Below are positions 12,472-25,300 of a stretch of DNA of 32,902 bases, one piece after another. The position numbers and the translations under genes were made by a program. Under the pieces are notes generated by a model, which was given only the letters and a program-made list of their open reading frames with translations, was not told the origin of the DNA and searched no databases. The DNA is from Geosiphon pyriformis uo1 (lineage: Eukaryota > Fungi > Glomeromycota): the NCBI GenBank assembly GCA_016748015.1, contig JAAOMT010000176.1, positions 462,705 to 495,606 of the forward strand, read 5' to 3'. How positions within the stretch are numbered: the first letter of the stretch is position 1; each line of letters opens with the position of its first letter.

Positions 12472-13450
12472 TGTTACTGGAGGTTTTTGGTCTCTTTCCT
12501 AAATGTTGTTGATGTCTGTTTGCTATGAATTCACGTTTTTTGGATGTGGTTGAACCTCCAGTAACTGAATTTATCTTCAAATTATTTTCTATAATTTGAA
12601 CTGCTGGGCTTATAAATGGAATGGCCAATTCTTTACCAGTTATTTGTTGTAATTACGTTGTAGTGAATGTCAACTCTTTCCCAGGAATTGCTCATCTGAA
12701 AGCTCACTAAAAATGTGTAGTTACTTTGATGTGAAAGTCAACTCTTTTACAAGAATCTTGTCTGTAGGCTACCCTAATGATGGTAATAAGAAAAGAAAAG
12801 AAAAATAAGAGAAAATGTAAAAAAAATAGAATTTTATTAAGGGAAACGTTTTCTATCTAGGCTTGGAGTTACTAACAGTTTATTGAAATTGGTAGCTAAT
12901 CAATTTCAAAACGTTAGTTGGGTTTTGGGGATTTTCCAAGTACAATAATTAACAAATTTGGTTTTTCAAATTATTTGATATTTATTTCTTTTTGTGTGTA
13001 TAAGAATGGTTCTAAGTAATAAATCTAAAGTAAGATACATTTTCTCAAAGAGAGAAGCTTTTCTTTTATACAACTTGTCATAACACTATTCTATAAACTT
13101 GAACTTTGCTCTTTTCTACAATTTTGCTAAACTAAAGATATATTTCAGTGAACTACAAGTTATTTCTGCGAACTATTAGATATTTTGGTAAACTATCAAT
13201 TATTTTGGCAAATTTCTACAAATTTTGGCAAACTTTTGAATGTTACATATTTTGGGGTATTGCATGATTGATCATCGCACTTAGGTTACATTTGTGTTAT
13301 GTACAAATTGGGTTATTAATTAAATGATAATTTCGGACATTTTGCTAATGTAATAAGTGATAATTTGAAATGATAATATATGCTAATTAATGATAAGATT
13401 TATAAGAATAATTTCATGCTAAACAATATCTCTAATTTTGTCTGATAACA
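12472..13450 (-). repeat. 3' LTR of outer element (979 bp)
   Basis: Direct repeat of 31276-32255. TGTTAC...TAACA termini. Adjacent to the PPT. Confidence 0.96.
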
Positions 13451-14138
13451 TAACCTCCTCCTCAAGACTGAGCTCCGTTGAAGTCCAAATACTGTCTATA
13501 ATTTCCAGATAATAATCCAAAATTATTGAAGAAATTTGGTCTGAAAATTGTTGAAATTTCAGTTCTGTGAGCTTTCCAATATATTGAATTTTCAAAGGCT
13601 GTAAAATTGGGTTTTGTAGGACGTTTTCACAGGTGTGGAATAGATCATAAAGTCTAAGAGCAGCTTTTAGTTTATAACAACTGTTTGTAGGTCCAGCTGT
13701 TGTCTTGAATTCATTGTGGAGTTGTTTCCGAATAGCTTCTTTTGTGAAGTTTGCTGCTGTAAGCTCTTGTTTTTGTTTATGAAGTGTTTTTCCAATGTAG
13801 AAATATCTATATATTGGAGTATAGTCATAGTTTTCTTCATTAAGACACAGTTGAAGTTTTTGTTGAATAGTAGTATTTGGTGGAATACTAATAGGAGTGA
13901 GCATTAAGTTTTCTCTTAAAGCAAGCTTTAAAAGTTCTGGCAGGTGAATTCCAGAATAACTTCTTGTGTTCTTTTTATATGGGTGATATTTTCGTGAATT
14001 TGGGGCTAAATTTGTGACTACTTTTGTTTGGGTATAATTAATATAGTTTCCAGTAACAGTAATAAATAATTCAGGTATTGTTTTTAAAGCTAACATTAGT
14101 TTTTGGGATAATTGTTGAATGTTTTGAGGAATAGTCAT
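13419..14138 (-). CDS. Accessory ORF3 of the gypsy element, 239 aa, unknown function
   Basis: Intact ATG-to-stop ORF between integrase and the 3' LTR. Same 720-nt length as its homologue at 29577-30296. Reads through the PPT and stops 32 nt inside the LTR. Confidence 0.75.
   Translation of the reverse strand: MTIPQNIQQLSQKLMLALKTIPELFITVTGNYINYTQTKVVTNLAPNSRKYHPYKKNTRSYSGIHLPELLKLALRENLMLTPISIPPNTTIQQKLQLCLNEENYDYTPIYRYFYIGKTLHKQKQELTAANFTKEAIRKQLHNEFKTTAGPTNSCYKLKAALRLYDLFHTCENVLQNPILQPLKIQYIGKLTELKFQQFSDQISSIILDYYLEIIDSIWTSTELSLEEEVMLSDKIRDIV
13454..13463 (-). other. Polypurine tract of outer element
   Basis: GAGGAGGAGG followed by TTA, immediately before the 3' LTR on the minus strand. 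Confidence 0.85.
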
Positions 14139-14266
14139 TATAAGAGATTTGAAAATAAAAGAAAATTATTTTTGGTGTATGGGTTTTTATGTTATTTTTG
14201 CTTTTGTTTTGTTTTTGTGAGATTGTTCCTAAATTATAAGAAGATAACTATAATAATAAATTTAAA

Positions 14267-15651
14267 TTAAGTGTTCAAGTTGGGAGGTTGTTCAATGACA
14301 ACTATTGGTTCTAAATTCCGGGGAATATCTTCGGGATTGATTAAAAAGGAATGTGTGCCAATTTGTGGAATTAATAGTTCAGGATTGTTTCTGGAATTAT
14401 AGTGTTTTAAACAATCTCCATGTGCAACTTTTGCTAGGATTTTGTCATCAAGTCTTAGCTTGTATGATCCGTTGCTTAGGACTTCATGAATAAAGAATAG
14501 TCCATCCCATTTATTTTCAAATTTTTCACTCCATTGTTTTTTAGCTTTAGTTCTGTGTAAGAGAACTTTGTTTCCGATTTTAAATTCATTGGTAACTAGA
14601 GGCAATTTGTCATCATGTCGTTTTTTTTGTTAAGCTTGGGAGTGTTTAATATAGGTGGCTGCTATTTATCATTTTCCTTCCAATGTGCTAAGCAGAGTGT
14701 AGACTCTTTGTTGTAGTGTTTCCTGAAAATTGTTTTTATCAATTGGTTGTGCTGGGTATGTTTCCACTATGAAACTAATTGGTAATATTGCTGTTCTTCC
14801 ATAAGTTAAATTAAATGATGTGTGTTTTGTGGTATCTTGTTTTAGTGTTCTATATGCTAGTAACACTGATGGAATAAAGAGATTCCATTTTTGCTCAAAA
14901 TTGGTTGAGACTTTGGCTAATAATTCACACAATGTTCTGTTGAAACATTCTACAAGTCCATTTGTTTGTGGATGATAGGGCAAAGATAATGATCTCTTGA
15001 CATTAAATTGTTCACAAATTTTCTGGATTAAATTGTTCATGAAATATGTTCCTTGATTAGATAAAAGTTCTATTGGGCATTTATGTCTACAAATAATATC
15101 TTTGTAGATGAAGTTTGCTATTGATTTTGCATCTGCTCATTGAATGGCTCTGGCTTCAGACCATTTGGTGAGATAGTTTACTGCTACTGCAATATAACGG
15201 TTTCCTTGGTTTGTAATAGGGAGTGGTCTGACTAAATTAATACCAACTCAATCAAAAGACTGTCTAACTTTAATTGAGTTTAAAAATTCTGTAGGGCGAG
15301 TTCTTCTTCTTCTTTGACAATTATCACAAGACTTAATATATTCATGAATGTCTTTTCTCATTTGAGGCCAAAAATAATATTCTAGTGTTCTTTGGGTGGT
15401 GCTGTTTTTTTCTAGGTGTGCTGATAAAGAGTCTGAGTACATGTTATATAAAATGGTTTTTTTTTATGTTCTTGTATTAATCTAAGTGGACTGTTTAGAT
15501 TTCTTAAGTTTTGATAATAAATAATGTTGTTGTGTAAGAAGTATTGTTTGGGTTGTTGTTGTAACTGACGTTTTTCATCTAGGGACCAATCTGTTGGGAT
15601 TGTTAATGTCTCCAGATATTGTTTAAGATTGTTGTGGTTTTCAGGGTTCAT
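14267..15651 (-). pseudogene. Integrase of outer element (separate ORF), with stops and one frameshift
   Basis: HHCC remnant (SAHL...CDNC), core motifs YHPQTNGLVE and LLAYRT, GPY/F-like WDGLFFIHEV. Has its own ATG (MNPEN). Confidence 0.92.
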
Positions 15652-15691
15652 TGTTTGTTGTTTTGTTGCTGTTAATTCAAATGAGTATTGG

Positions 15692-18600
15692 TTAATCTTG
15701 CCTCATTCTTAAGAGACAATCAACGTTGGTGTGAAGTTTTTCTGATTTGTGGTGTACAATGTATTGGTAGTTGGCTAAAAATCCTGTCTATTAGGTTTGT
15801 TTTGCGTTCAATTGGGTGTTTTTGTTCTGAAGCCATTTGAGTCCAATATTATCAGTGATAATATCGAATTCTTTAGGCCTGAGATAAAAATTGAAGTGGT
15901 GTAGGGCCCAGATTACAGCTGCTGTTTCTAGTTCTGTGACAGGGTAGTTTTTCTCGGCTGGTTTTAATGTTCTGTTAGCATAAGTGATTACTTGCTCATT
16001 TCCGTTATCATCTAATTGTGATAGGATGGCACCAAAAGCAGTATAAAAAGCATTTGTAGCTAGTTGAAATTGGTTACTGAAGTCTGAGTAGGTGAGAATT
16101 GGAGCTGTTGTCAGCTTTTCCTTGAGAATTTCAAAAGCTTTTTGGTGTTCTTCTGTCTATTTGTATTTGATGTTTTTAATAGTGAGCTGGTTGAGGGGTT
16201 TTGCAATTTCTGAGAATCCTTTGATGAATTTTCGGTAATAAGAGACTAATTTAATAAATCCTCTCAATTCTGTGGTATTTTGTGGAGTTTTGAAGTTCTT
16301 GACAGTGCTGATTTTTCTGGGGTCTGGTTTAATTCCATCTTTGCTTACAATGTGGCCAAGAAAAGCCAAACTCGTTTTTCCGAAGTAGCATTTTTCGATG
16401 TTCAGTTTCAATTCTGCTTTCCGTAATCATTGAAAAACTTCTCACAGATGTTTTAAGTGTAATTCAAAAGATGGTAAATAAACATCAGTATCATTCAGAT
16501 AAACAACTACTGATTTTCAAAGGAGGCTTTTGTAAACAACATTCATGAGTCTTTGGAATGTTGCTGGTGCATTGCATAATCCAAAAAACATTACGTTGAA
16601 CTTGTAATTTCCTCCTTGAGTGGTGAATGCTGTTTTGGGGTGATCTTTGGGATCCATGGCAACTTGCCAGTATCTACTTTCTAAATCTAATGTCAAAAAG
16701 TATTTGGATTTTCCAAGGGCATTCAACATATCATCAATTCAGGGAAGGGGGTAGGCATCTCCAATAGTGACACTGTTGAGTTGTTGATAATCAACACAAA
16801 ATTATATCTTTCCATTTTTCTTTTTAACTAAGACTACAAGTAAGGTTTATGGACTCATTGATGGTTGAATAAGCCCATTGTTGAGCATCCATTGTACTTT
16901 TTCGTGGATAAATTGGTGACTTTTTGGAGCAACTCAATAGGCTTGTTGTCATCTTGGTTTGGCATCTCCTGTATAGATTTGGTGTTGAACCAAATCGGTT
17001 CTTTCTAAGTCATTGTTGTTTTCAGCAAAGATATCAGAAAATTCTGCAATTAGCTCTTTAAGCTGGTTTTGTTGTTATGATTCAAATTGTCCCATGTTGA
17101 TTCGAGATAGTTTTTCTATAACAACATGGTAGTTTTCAGAGCTGGTGTTTGGGTTGATTTTTGGTAATAAATGTCCAATAATTTCAGAGAAATCGGGGAT
17201 TGTTTGGGGTAATTCTTATTAAAAGATATTACTGTGAATAACTCCAATTTCTAAGTTATTTAATAAAACTATGAGGAAATTGTTGGGATTGTAAAAAGTA
17301 ACTCGGATTTTTTTTGTTTCTTCTGGAATATAAATGTTTGGGATCAAGATATTATATTCCAAGCAGATTTGTTCATTGGACTCAAAAATTTGTTGTGTGG
17401 TTGTTGGCTTTTCACAAGTGTAAATTTCAGGGTGTTCTCCAAAGAGTGAAATAGTAATTGGTTGTGGAAGTTGTAAAATCTGGTGAGATTCTTTTTGTTT
17501 GTTGAGGGCTATGTTTACTGAAATTGTGAATTGTCCAGTTGAACCAAAACCTTGGGTTCCTCTTTCATTTTTTCCCAATAGTTCTCTTTGATTAACTAAT
17601 TGTAAACCCGAAATGTTGATTAAAAGTAAATAAATGGCTTGCACAATTTTCTTGGCATGTTCAATCTTAAACGGCTTGTCAGTTTTGTTTTGGAGTATTA
17701 CTGTTATGTCATCAGTATATCCAGCATCGATTATTCCTCTTCTGACATTGATTTCTTTGCTTGCCAGAGAGAACCGGGAGGCAATTTGAACCATTGCTCC
17801 TGGCAGGATTTTGAGAGCAATTTTGAGATTGATTTTTGTGAGAGATTTGGGTTTGAGAATAAGAGTATCCTTGTCTGGATATCTTAGGTCATATCCAGCA
17901 TCAATTTCATGTGTTTTTTTGGGTTTTATTTCTTGTTTATTGTTGTTGAAGTATTTGAGTTGTAAGACAGGCTGGTTTTTAATGAGATAGATGAGTGTTG
18001 CTTCAATTTCTTCTGTTGCTTCAGGTTCTCCAAATTCAATTTTATTCTCATCATTTTTACTGGGCAGAGGAATGCTAAGAGCATAGCATTCAGGACACCA
18101 CTGTTCATCACAAAGCATAATGCATTCTTCACATAGCCTAATGTTCATTTGCTCTAATCATTGAATTTGAGCTTCTTGGGTTGGGTAGGTATGACTTGCA
18201 ATTTGGTGGTAGACTTCTACTTCATCTTCATAATTGAATCTAGCTAATTCTATGATGTATTCAATGTATTCTGCTTCCTTCATTTGATGGACATCTTCTT
18301 TGGTAGCTCCATTAATTAATGCCATTGCTAGGTCGAAAATCATCTTAGCATCATGGGGGTAGTGATAAAGTTTGTTGAAAGCACTGTTATATGCCACATT
18401 AAAGGGTGTTCCTCTTTTTTTTTTTTCTGAAATTGATAAAGCATATTGGCAGGTCTGATCACAGACTCTTCTTCTCATTGCTACATCAATCCAATTACAT
18501 TCTTCTGGTAGCATATCTCCACAAGTCAAACAAAGAGTGTTGTTCTATTTTCTGCTTCTTTTTATTAGGTGGCTCTATCATTCTTTGTGACAAGCCTTGT

Positions 18601-21365
18601 AGTAATAACAAGTATGATTTTCATATTCTTCTTCAGGTAAAATGCAGGCTCCCATTGAAGAGAGTTTTTTGTGGCAGTCCTTGCATTTAAGTGGAATGTA
18701 GGGGCATTGTTTTTGTGATTCTGGTTTGAATAGGAGACATTCCATCTGGTTGTCACTGGTTCTTTTGTTTCAAGAGAATTATTTGTTGAAAAGTACTGTT
18801 GTTCAGTTTCATTGGCCCAATTAGAGGTTGATCCAAGTACCATAAATGTTTCAATAATGGGCTTTTTTTCTTCCAGTTCGAATTCAAAAGCCGGGGCTTT
18901 TTCGGAGTGTTTGTTGAATGTACCACAAGTAGCAGGTATTCGGGCGTGTTGTTCTTGGTAGGAGATTGTTAACTCTTGTGTTTCCCAATTCAGATTAGTA
19001 TTTGCTTTTTGAAGCCAATTATTTCTGATGAAAGCTTGATACTGGGGCGCATCCATTACAAGAACTTTGACTGGAATGGTGATTCCATTAAGAATGAATG
19101 GAAAATTGTCAATTTCTCCTACTGGAGTTTTTTTCATGCCATTAGCAATAACAATTACTGTTTGAGCTGGTTGGTCGATATTTCTCTTTAACTGTTGCAT
19201 TAACTGGTAGGTGATGATGCTTCTAGTGGATCTACTGTTTAGGATCAAGTGAATTGCCTTTCCTTCGACTTCTGCTTTAGTGTATATAGTAGTAATTGCT
19301 TTTTGTTCATTGGCGGCTGTATTGCTAAGCAGGAATGGTGACTCATTTGCTTCAAACTCAAAAGGGAATATGTCTAAAAGGTTGACGTTTTCAGCAATTC
19401 TAGTTGGTGGGATTGTGATAAAAGTATAGGAAGAATTTTGTTGTCGTGCTGCAGCTCTACTTTCTGAGAGTACAGTATAGTAAAAATTCTGTTCTTCAGG
19501 TATTGTAAGATAGCTAGGTTGAGTATAATAATGGGTGGGTCTTGGCTAAGCTGGATTTTGAAGAACTAATTGGTTGTTTGAATTGATTCTATTGTTGTTT
19601 ACTTGGTATCAGTTTTGTGGTGTAAATTGATTTTGTGGAATTAATCTTTAAGCAGGCACTTGATAATGTTGTGTGGGTGGTTGTTGGTATTGCTGTTGAA
19701 TTGGCTGTGGGGCAGGCTGATAATAGTTACTTTGATATTGGGGTCTTGGTGGATAGTAAGCTGGTAGTGGTGGTTGATAATAAAATTGCTGTAGTGGAGG
19801 GTAACATTGATTACTTTTATTTTGTTGGTCTCATTGTAGCTTTCTGCAATCTCGTTTCCAGTGGCCAGGAATTTCACAGTAATGGCAACTCTGAGACTAA
19901 TTATTAGAGGATGATGTGAAGTTGTTTTGATTCCATCTTTGGAGTGGTTAATATCTTTGGGGTTGCTGTTGTTGTTGGTTGGTGAAATAGTTTTTGACTT
20001 TCTTTGTGAGTTGGTCAATTTTCTCTTCAGCTGCTGAGCTAGTCTCTCCAATGGCTAAGTTCATGAGCTTTGTATGATTGGCTTCTTCTATGGCCATTTC
20101 ATATTTCTTTGCATGCTGAATAGCAGAGTTTAAATCTTCTGGGACATGGGGGCGAACCTTTTTAATCAGTTTATCCTTTAAACCAGTGATAAATTGATCC
20201 AAAATTTAAGCATCAGAATAATAATCATTAGTTTCAAGTTGGCAAATTCATCTGAAAAGTTTGTTGAATTTTCTAATATAAGTCATAATAGATTCAGAGG
20301 ATTCTTGTTTAATATTGTGAAAACGATTTCAAAGTGTGATTGAGGTGTTGTTATTGGTGAATTGTTCTAAGAAGGCAGTTTTGAAAGCTGTTCAGTCATT
20401 AAAAGGGGTGGTCAAGTTTTTGAACTATTTGCCTGCTGTTTCTTTGAGAAAGTAGAGAATTGTTCTTAATATTCTGGCAGCATTCCATCCATTTGCATCT
20501 CCAGCTTTAGTAACTTGGTCAAGCCATTCTTGGAGACTGGTCTCAATATCTTTTCCATTAAATTTGGGAATTTTTGCAATATAAGCTGTCATTTTGTCTT
20601 CTTCCTCGTTATCTGTTAATTCACTTTTTTTTTCGGATTCTACTTTTTCTTCAATAGATTCAGAAATGTTTTCTTTGTTGGCTAATGTTTCAGAGTGTTC
20701 ACTTGTGTTTTCTGCTAAATAGTCAAGAAGATTGATACTAGTCTGAAGGGTTTCTTGTTGTCTGGTGGAACTTCTGGGTGATATATAATCTTTTAGTCTT
20801 GAAAATTGATTTAAAAGTGAATTAGGAGTTTCTGCTTGTGCAAGTAAAGCTGGAAAAGATGTAATAGTAAGTGGGAGTTTTGAACTGGTTTCTTGTTCAG
20901 GTGTTTGTAAGTGTTTGGCAGTTGTTTTTGGTAGTATTGGAGTATTTAGGGTGGTTTTTGAGTATTGTTTCAATTTTTGTTTGCCTTTGTTGCTTGTTTC
21001 TGTCTCTAATTCAAAGTCAAAAGAGTATTTAGACTGTACTAGGTATTTTTCTTCACAATACTCAATAATGTTAAAATTAAGTTCTTGGAAGTAGGTAGCA
21101 AGTGTTTCACTGTTCAGGTCTTCTGTTCTCAATTGTGAATAGTGCACTAAATTATTGTAGAGGTTGCTTCTAACTTCTGAAATGTTGTAGTTTCCAAAAA
21201 AATAATTGTTAATGCAGTTTTCAATGTATTGGTATACTGATTTTTTGACAACTTCAATTCTGTCTGGAATGTTGAATCTTTGCTTGTAGTGTGTATAAAT
21301 TGACTGGTAATACTTTAGAGTTGCTGTGTCTGGTGTGGTTGCCACTTTGAATTTGTTGTTGCTGT
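15692..21365 (-). pseudogene. gag-PR-Cys-rich-dUTPase-RT-RNase H polyprotein of outer element, disrupted
   Basis: Fragments share one frame except for a frameshift near 18725. RT motifs LDLESRYWQV, FGLCNAPATFQR, VYLNDT. Ends LRMRQD*. Confidence 0.93.
17534..17925 (-). other. dUTPase domain in outer pol
   Basis: Motifs DAGYDL, IASRFSLA, GIIDAGYTDDI, KIVQ, ERGTQGFGSTG. Confidence 0.93.
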
Positions 21366-22347
21366 TGTTACCAGACAAAATTAGAGATATTATTTAGCAT
21401 AAAATTATCTTATAATTCCTATTATTAATTAGCATATATTATCGTTTCAAATTATTACTTATTACATTAGCAAAAAACGTCTGAAATTATCATTTAATTA
21501 ATAACCCAAATTGTACACAATACAAATGTAACCTAATTGCGATGATCAATCATGCAATACCCCAAACTATGTAATATTTAAAAGTTCGCCAAAATTTATA
21601 GAAATTCGCCAAAATAATTGATAGTTCACCAAAATATCTAATAGTTCGCAGAAATAACTTGTAGTTTGCCAAAATGTATCTTTAATTCAGCAAAATCGTA
21701 GAAAATAGCAAAGTTCAAGTTCATAGAATAGTGTTATGACAAGTTGTATAAAAGAAGAGCTTCTCTCTTTGAGAAAATGTATTTTACTTTAGATTTATCA
21801 CTTAGAACTATTCTTACACACAAAAAGAAATAAATATCAAATAATTTGAAAAACCAAACTCTTTAAATTATTGCACTTGGAAAATCCTCAAAAACCCAAC
21901 TAACGTTTTAAAATTGATTAGCTACCAATTTCAGTAAACTGTTAGTGACTCCAGGCCTGGATAGAAAATGTTTCCCTTGACAGAATTCTATTTTTTTTAC
22001 ATTTCTTTTATTTTTTTCTTTTCTTTTCTTATTACAATCATTAGGGTAGCCTACAGACAAGATTTCTGTAGAAGAGTTGACTTTTACAGCAAAGTAACTA
22101 TACATTTTAGTGAGCTTCTAGATGAGCAATTCCTAGGAAAGAGTTGACGTTTACTACAACATAACTACATAAAGTAATTGGCACAGAATTGGCCATTCCA
22201 CTTATAAGCCCAGCAATTCAAATTATAGGAGATAATTTGAAGAGAAAGTTCAGTTACTGGAGGTTCAACCACATCCAAAAAACGTGAATTCACAAAAAAC
22301 AGGTATCAACAACATTACAGAAAAGAGACCAAAAACCTCCAGTAATA
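21366..22347 (+). repeat. 5' LTR of inner element
   Basis: Begins TGTTACCAGA and ends CCAGTAATA (CA mutated to TA). Direct repeat of 30265-31246. Confidence 0.96.
21581..21700 (+). promoter_or_regulatory. Array of ~5-6 degenerate palindromic motifs (inferred consensus TTCGCCGAA, ~21-bp spacing) in the LTR, putative U3 enhancer
   Basis: gttcgccaaaa, attcgccaaaa, gttcaccaaaa, gttcgcagaaa, gtttgccaaaa. Different CpG-decay variants occur in the other LTRs. Function is inferred. Confidence 0.5.
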
Positions 22348-22349
22348 TT

Positions 22350-22369
22350 TGGTGCTCTCTCACAGAAAC
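22350..22369 (+). other. Primer-binding site of inner element
   Basis: TGGTGCTC... lies 2 nt after the 5' LTR. TGG complements tRNA CCA. Primer identity not determined. Confidence 0.8.
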
Positions 22370-25300
22370 AACACAGCAAAAACAACTTCAAAGTAGCGAC
22401 CACACCAGACACAACAACTCTAGAGTATTACCAATCAATTTACACCCACTGCAAGCAAAGATTCAACATTCCAAACGGAATTGAAGTTGTCAAGAAATCA
22501 GTATACCAATACATTGAAAACTGCATCAACAATTATCTTTTTAGAAATTACAATATCTTAGAAGTTAGAAGCAACCTTTACAATAATTTAGCACATTATT
22601 CACAGTTGGGAACTGAAGACCTTAACAGTGAAACACTTGCCACTTACTTTCACAAACTTAATTTTAACATTATCAAATACTGTGAAGAAACATATCCAGT
22701 GCAGTCTCAATACACTATTGATTTTGAATTGGAAACAGACACAAGCAACAAAGACAAAAACAAATTAAAGCAATATTCAAGAACCATCCCAAATACTCCA
22801 ACACTACCAAAAACAACTGCCAAACATTTACAAACACCTGAACAAGGAACCAGTTCAAAACTTCCACTTACTATCACACCTTTTTCAGCTTCACTTGCAC
22901 AAGCACAAACACCTAATTCACCCTTGAATTGATTTGCAAGACCAAAAGATTTTATATCACTCAGAAGTCCCATCAGACAACAAGAATTCTTTCAAACTAG
23001 TTCCAATCTCCTTGATTTTCTAGCTGAAAATCAAAGTGAACACTCTGAGACAGCAGCAAATGAAGAAAACAACTCTGAAATAACTGAAGAAGAATCAATA
23101 GACAGTAAAAATGAAGAAGATGAAATGACAACATACATCGCAAAAATCCCTGAATTCAATGAAGAAGATATAGAGACCAGTCTCCAAGAATGGCTCGACC
23201 AAGTTACTAAAGCTGGAGATGCAAATGAATAGAATGCTGCCAGAATGTTAAGAACAATTTCCTACTTTCTCAAAGGAACAGCAGGAGAATAGTTTGAAAA
23301 CTTGGCTGCTCCATTCAATGATTGGAACGCTTTCAAAGCAGCCTTCCTTAAACAGTTCACTAACAATAATACTTCTATCACTCTTCGTAATCATTTTCGA
23401 AATATCAAACAAGAACCCTCCAAATCTGTTATGACTTATATTGGGAAATTCAACAAACTTCTCAAACAAATTCGCCAACTCGAAACAAATGATTATTATT
23501 CTGATGCTCAAATCTTGGATCAATTTATCACTGGTCTAAAAGATAAACTAATTAAAAAAATTTGCCCACATGCGCCAGAAGATTTAAACTCTACCATACA
23601 GCATGCAAAAAGATACGAAATGGCCATAGAAGAGGCCAATCGCACAAAACTTGTAAATTTGGCAATTGGAAAAACCAGCTCAGCAGCTGAGGAAAAAATT
23701 GACCAACTCACAAAAAAAGTTGAAAACTATTTCACCAATCAACAACAACAGCAACCCCAAAGATATCAACCACCCCAAAGACGAAATCAAAATAACTTTG
23801 CACCACTTTCCAATAACCAGCCTTAAAATTGCCATTATTGTGGAATCTCTGGCCACTGGAAAAGAGATTGCAGAAAGCTACAATGAGACCAACAAAATAA
23901 GAGTAATCAATGTTACCCTTTACTACAGCAATCTTATTATCAACTGCCACCATCAGCTTACTATCCACCAAGACCCCAATACCAAAATAACTATTATCAG
24001 CCCGCCTCACAGCCAATCCAACAGCAATACCAACAACCACTCACACAACATTATCAAGTATCTGCTTGAAGACTGCTTACACAGAATCAATTCACACCAC
24101 AAAACCGATACCAAGTAAACAACAATAGAATCAGTTCGAATAACTAATTGGTTCCTCGAAATTCCACTCAACCAAGACCCAACCACTACCACACTCAACC
24201 CAGTTATTTAACAATGCCAAAAGAATTGGATTTTCATCATACTGCACCCTCGGAAGGTAGAGCTGCAGCACAACAACAAAACCCTTTCTATACTCTTACT
24301 ACAATTCCACCAGCCAGAATTACTGAAAACGCTAACCTTTCAGATATATTCCCTTTTGAGTTCAAAGCAAATGAGTCATCATTCCTGCTTAGCAATGCAG
24401 CTGTTAATGAACAAAAAACAATCATAGCTATGTACACTGAAGCAGAAGTCGAAGGAAAGACAATTTACTTGATCCTAGACAGTGGATCTGCTGGAAGCAT
24501 TATCACCTACTAGTTAATGCAACAGTTGAAGAGAAATGTCGACTGACCAGCTCAAACAGTAATCGTTACTGCCGATGGCATGAAAAAAACCCCAGTAGGA
24601 AAAATTGACAATTTTCCATTCACTCTTGATAAAATCACCATTTCAGTTAAAGTTCTTGTAATGGACGTACCTCAGTACCAAGCTCTCATCAGAAATGATT
24701 GGCTTCAAAAAGCCAATACTAATCTGAATTGGGAAACACAAGAGTTAACAATCTTCTACCAAGGACAACACACCCGGGTACCTGCCACTTGTGGTACATT
24801 CAACAAATGCTCTGAAAAAGCCCCAGCTTTTGAATTCGAACTGGAAAAGAAAAAACCCCTTATTGAAACATTCATGGCTCTTGGATCAACATCCAACTGG
24901 GCCAATGAAACAGAACAAGAACATTTTACCCCACACTCTAAACCCGAAACCTCTGGATGGAATATCCCTTACTCAAAACCTGAACCAAGAAAACAATGCC
25001 CCTATATTCCCCTTAAATGTAAGGACTGTCATAAGAAACTATCGTCAATGGGAGCCTGCATTTCACCTGAAGAAGAATATGAAAATCATACTTGTTATTA
25101 CTGCAAGGCTTGCCACAGAAAATAATAGGGCCATCTAATAAAAAGGAGTGGAAAATGGGACAACACCCTTTGTTTGACTTGTGGAGATATACTACTGGAA
25201 GAATGCAATTGGATTGATGTAGCCATGAGAGGAGGGGTTTGCGATCAGACCTGTCAATATGCTTTATCAATTTCAGAAAAAGTAAAAAGAGGAACACCCT

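Noticed and set aside
21366-21378. Start codon of the 317-aa ORF 20425-21378
   Set aside because: It is a TTG inside the inserted inner LTR, not a native gag start.
23666-24118. Alternative-frame and antisense ORFs over gag (also 19641-20051, 19635-19907, 23732-24040)
   Set aside because: By-products of the CAA/CCA-rich low-complexity gag region. They recur only because the copies are homologous.
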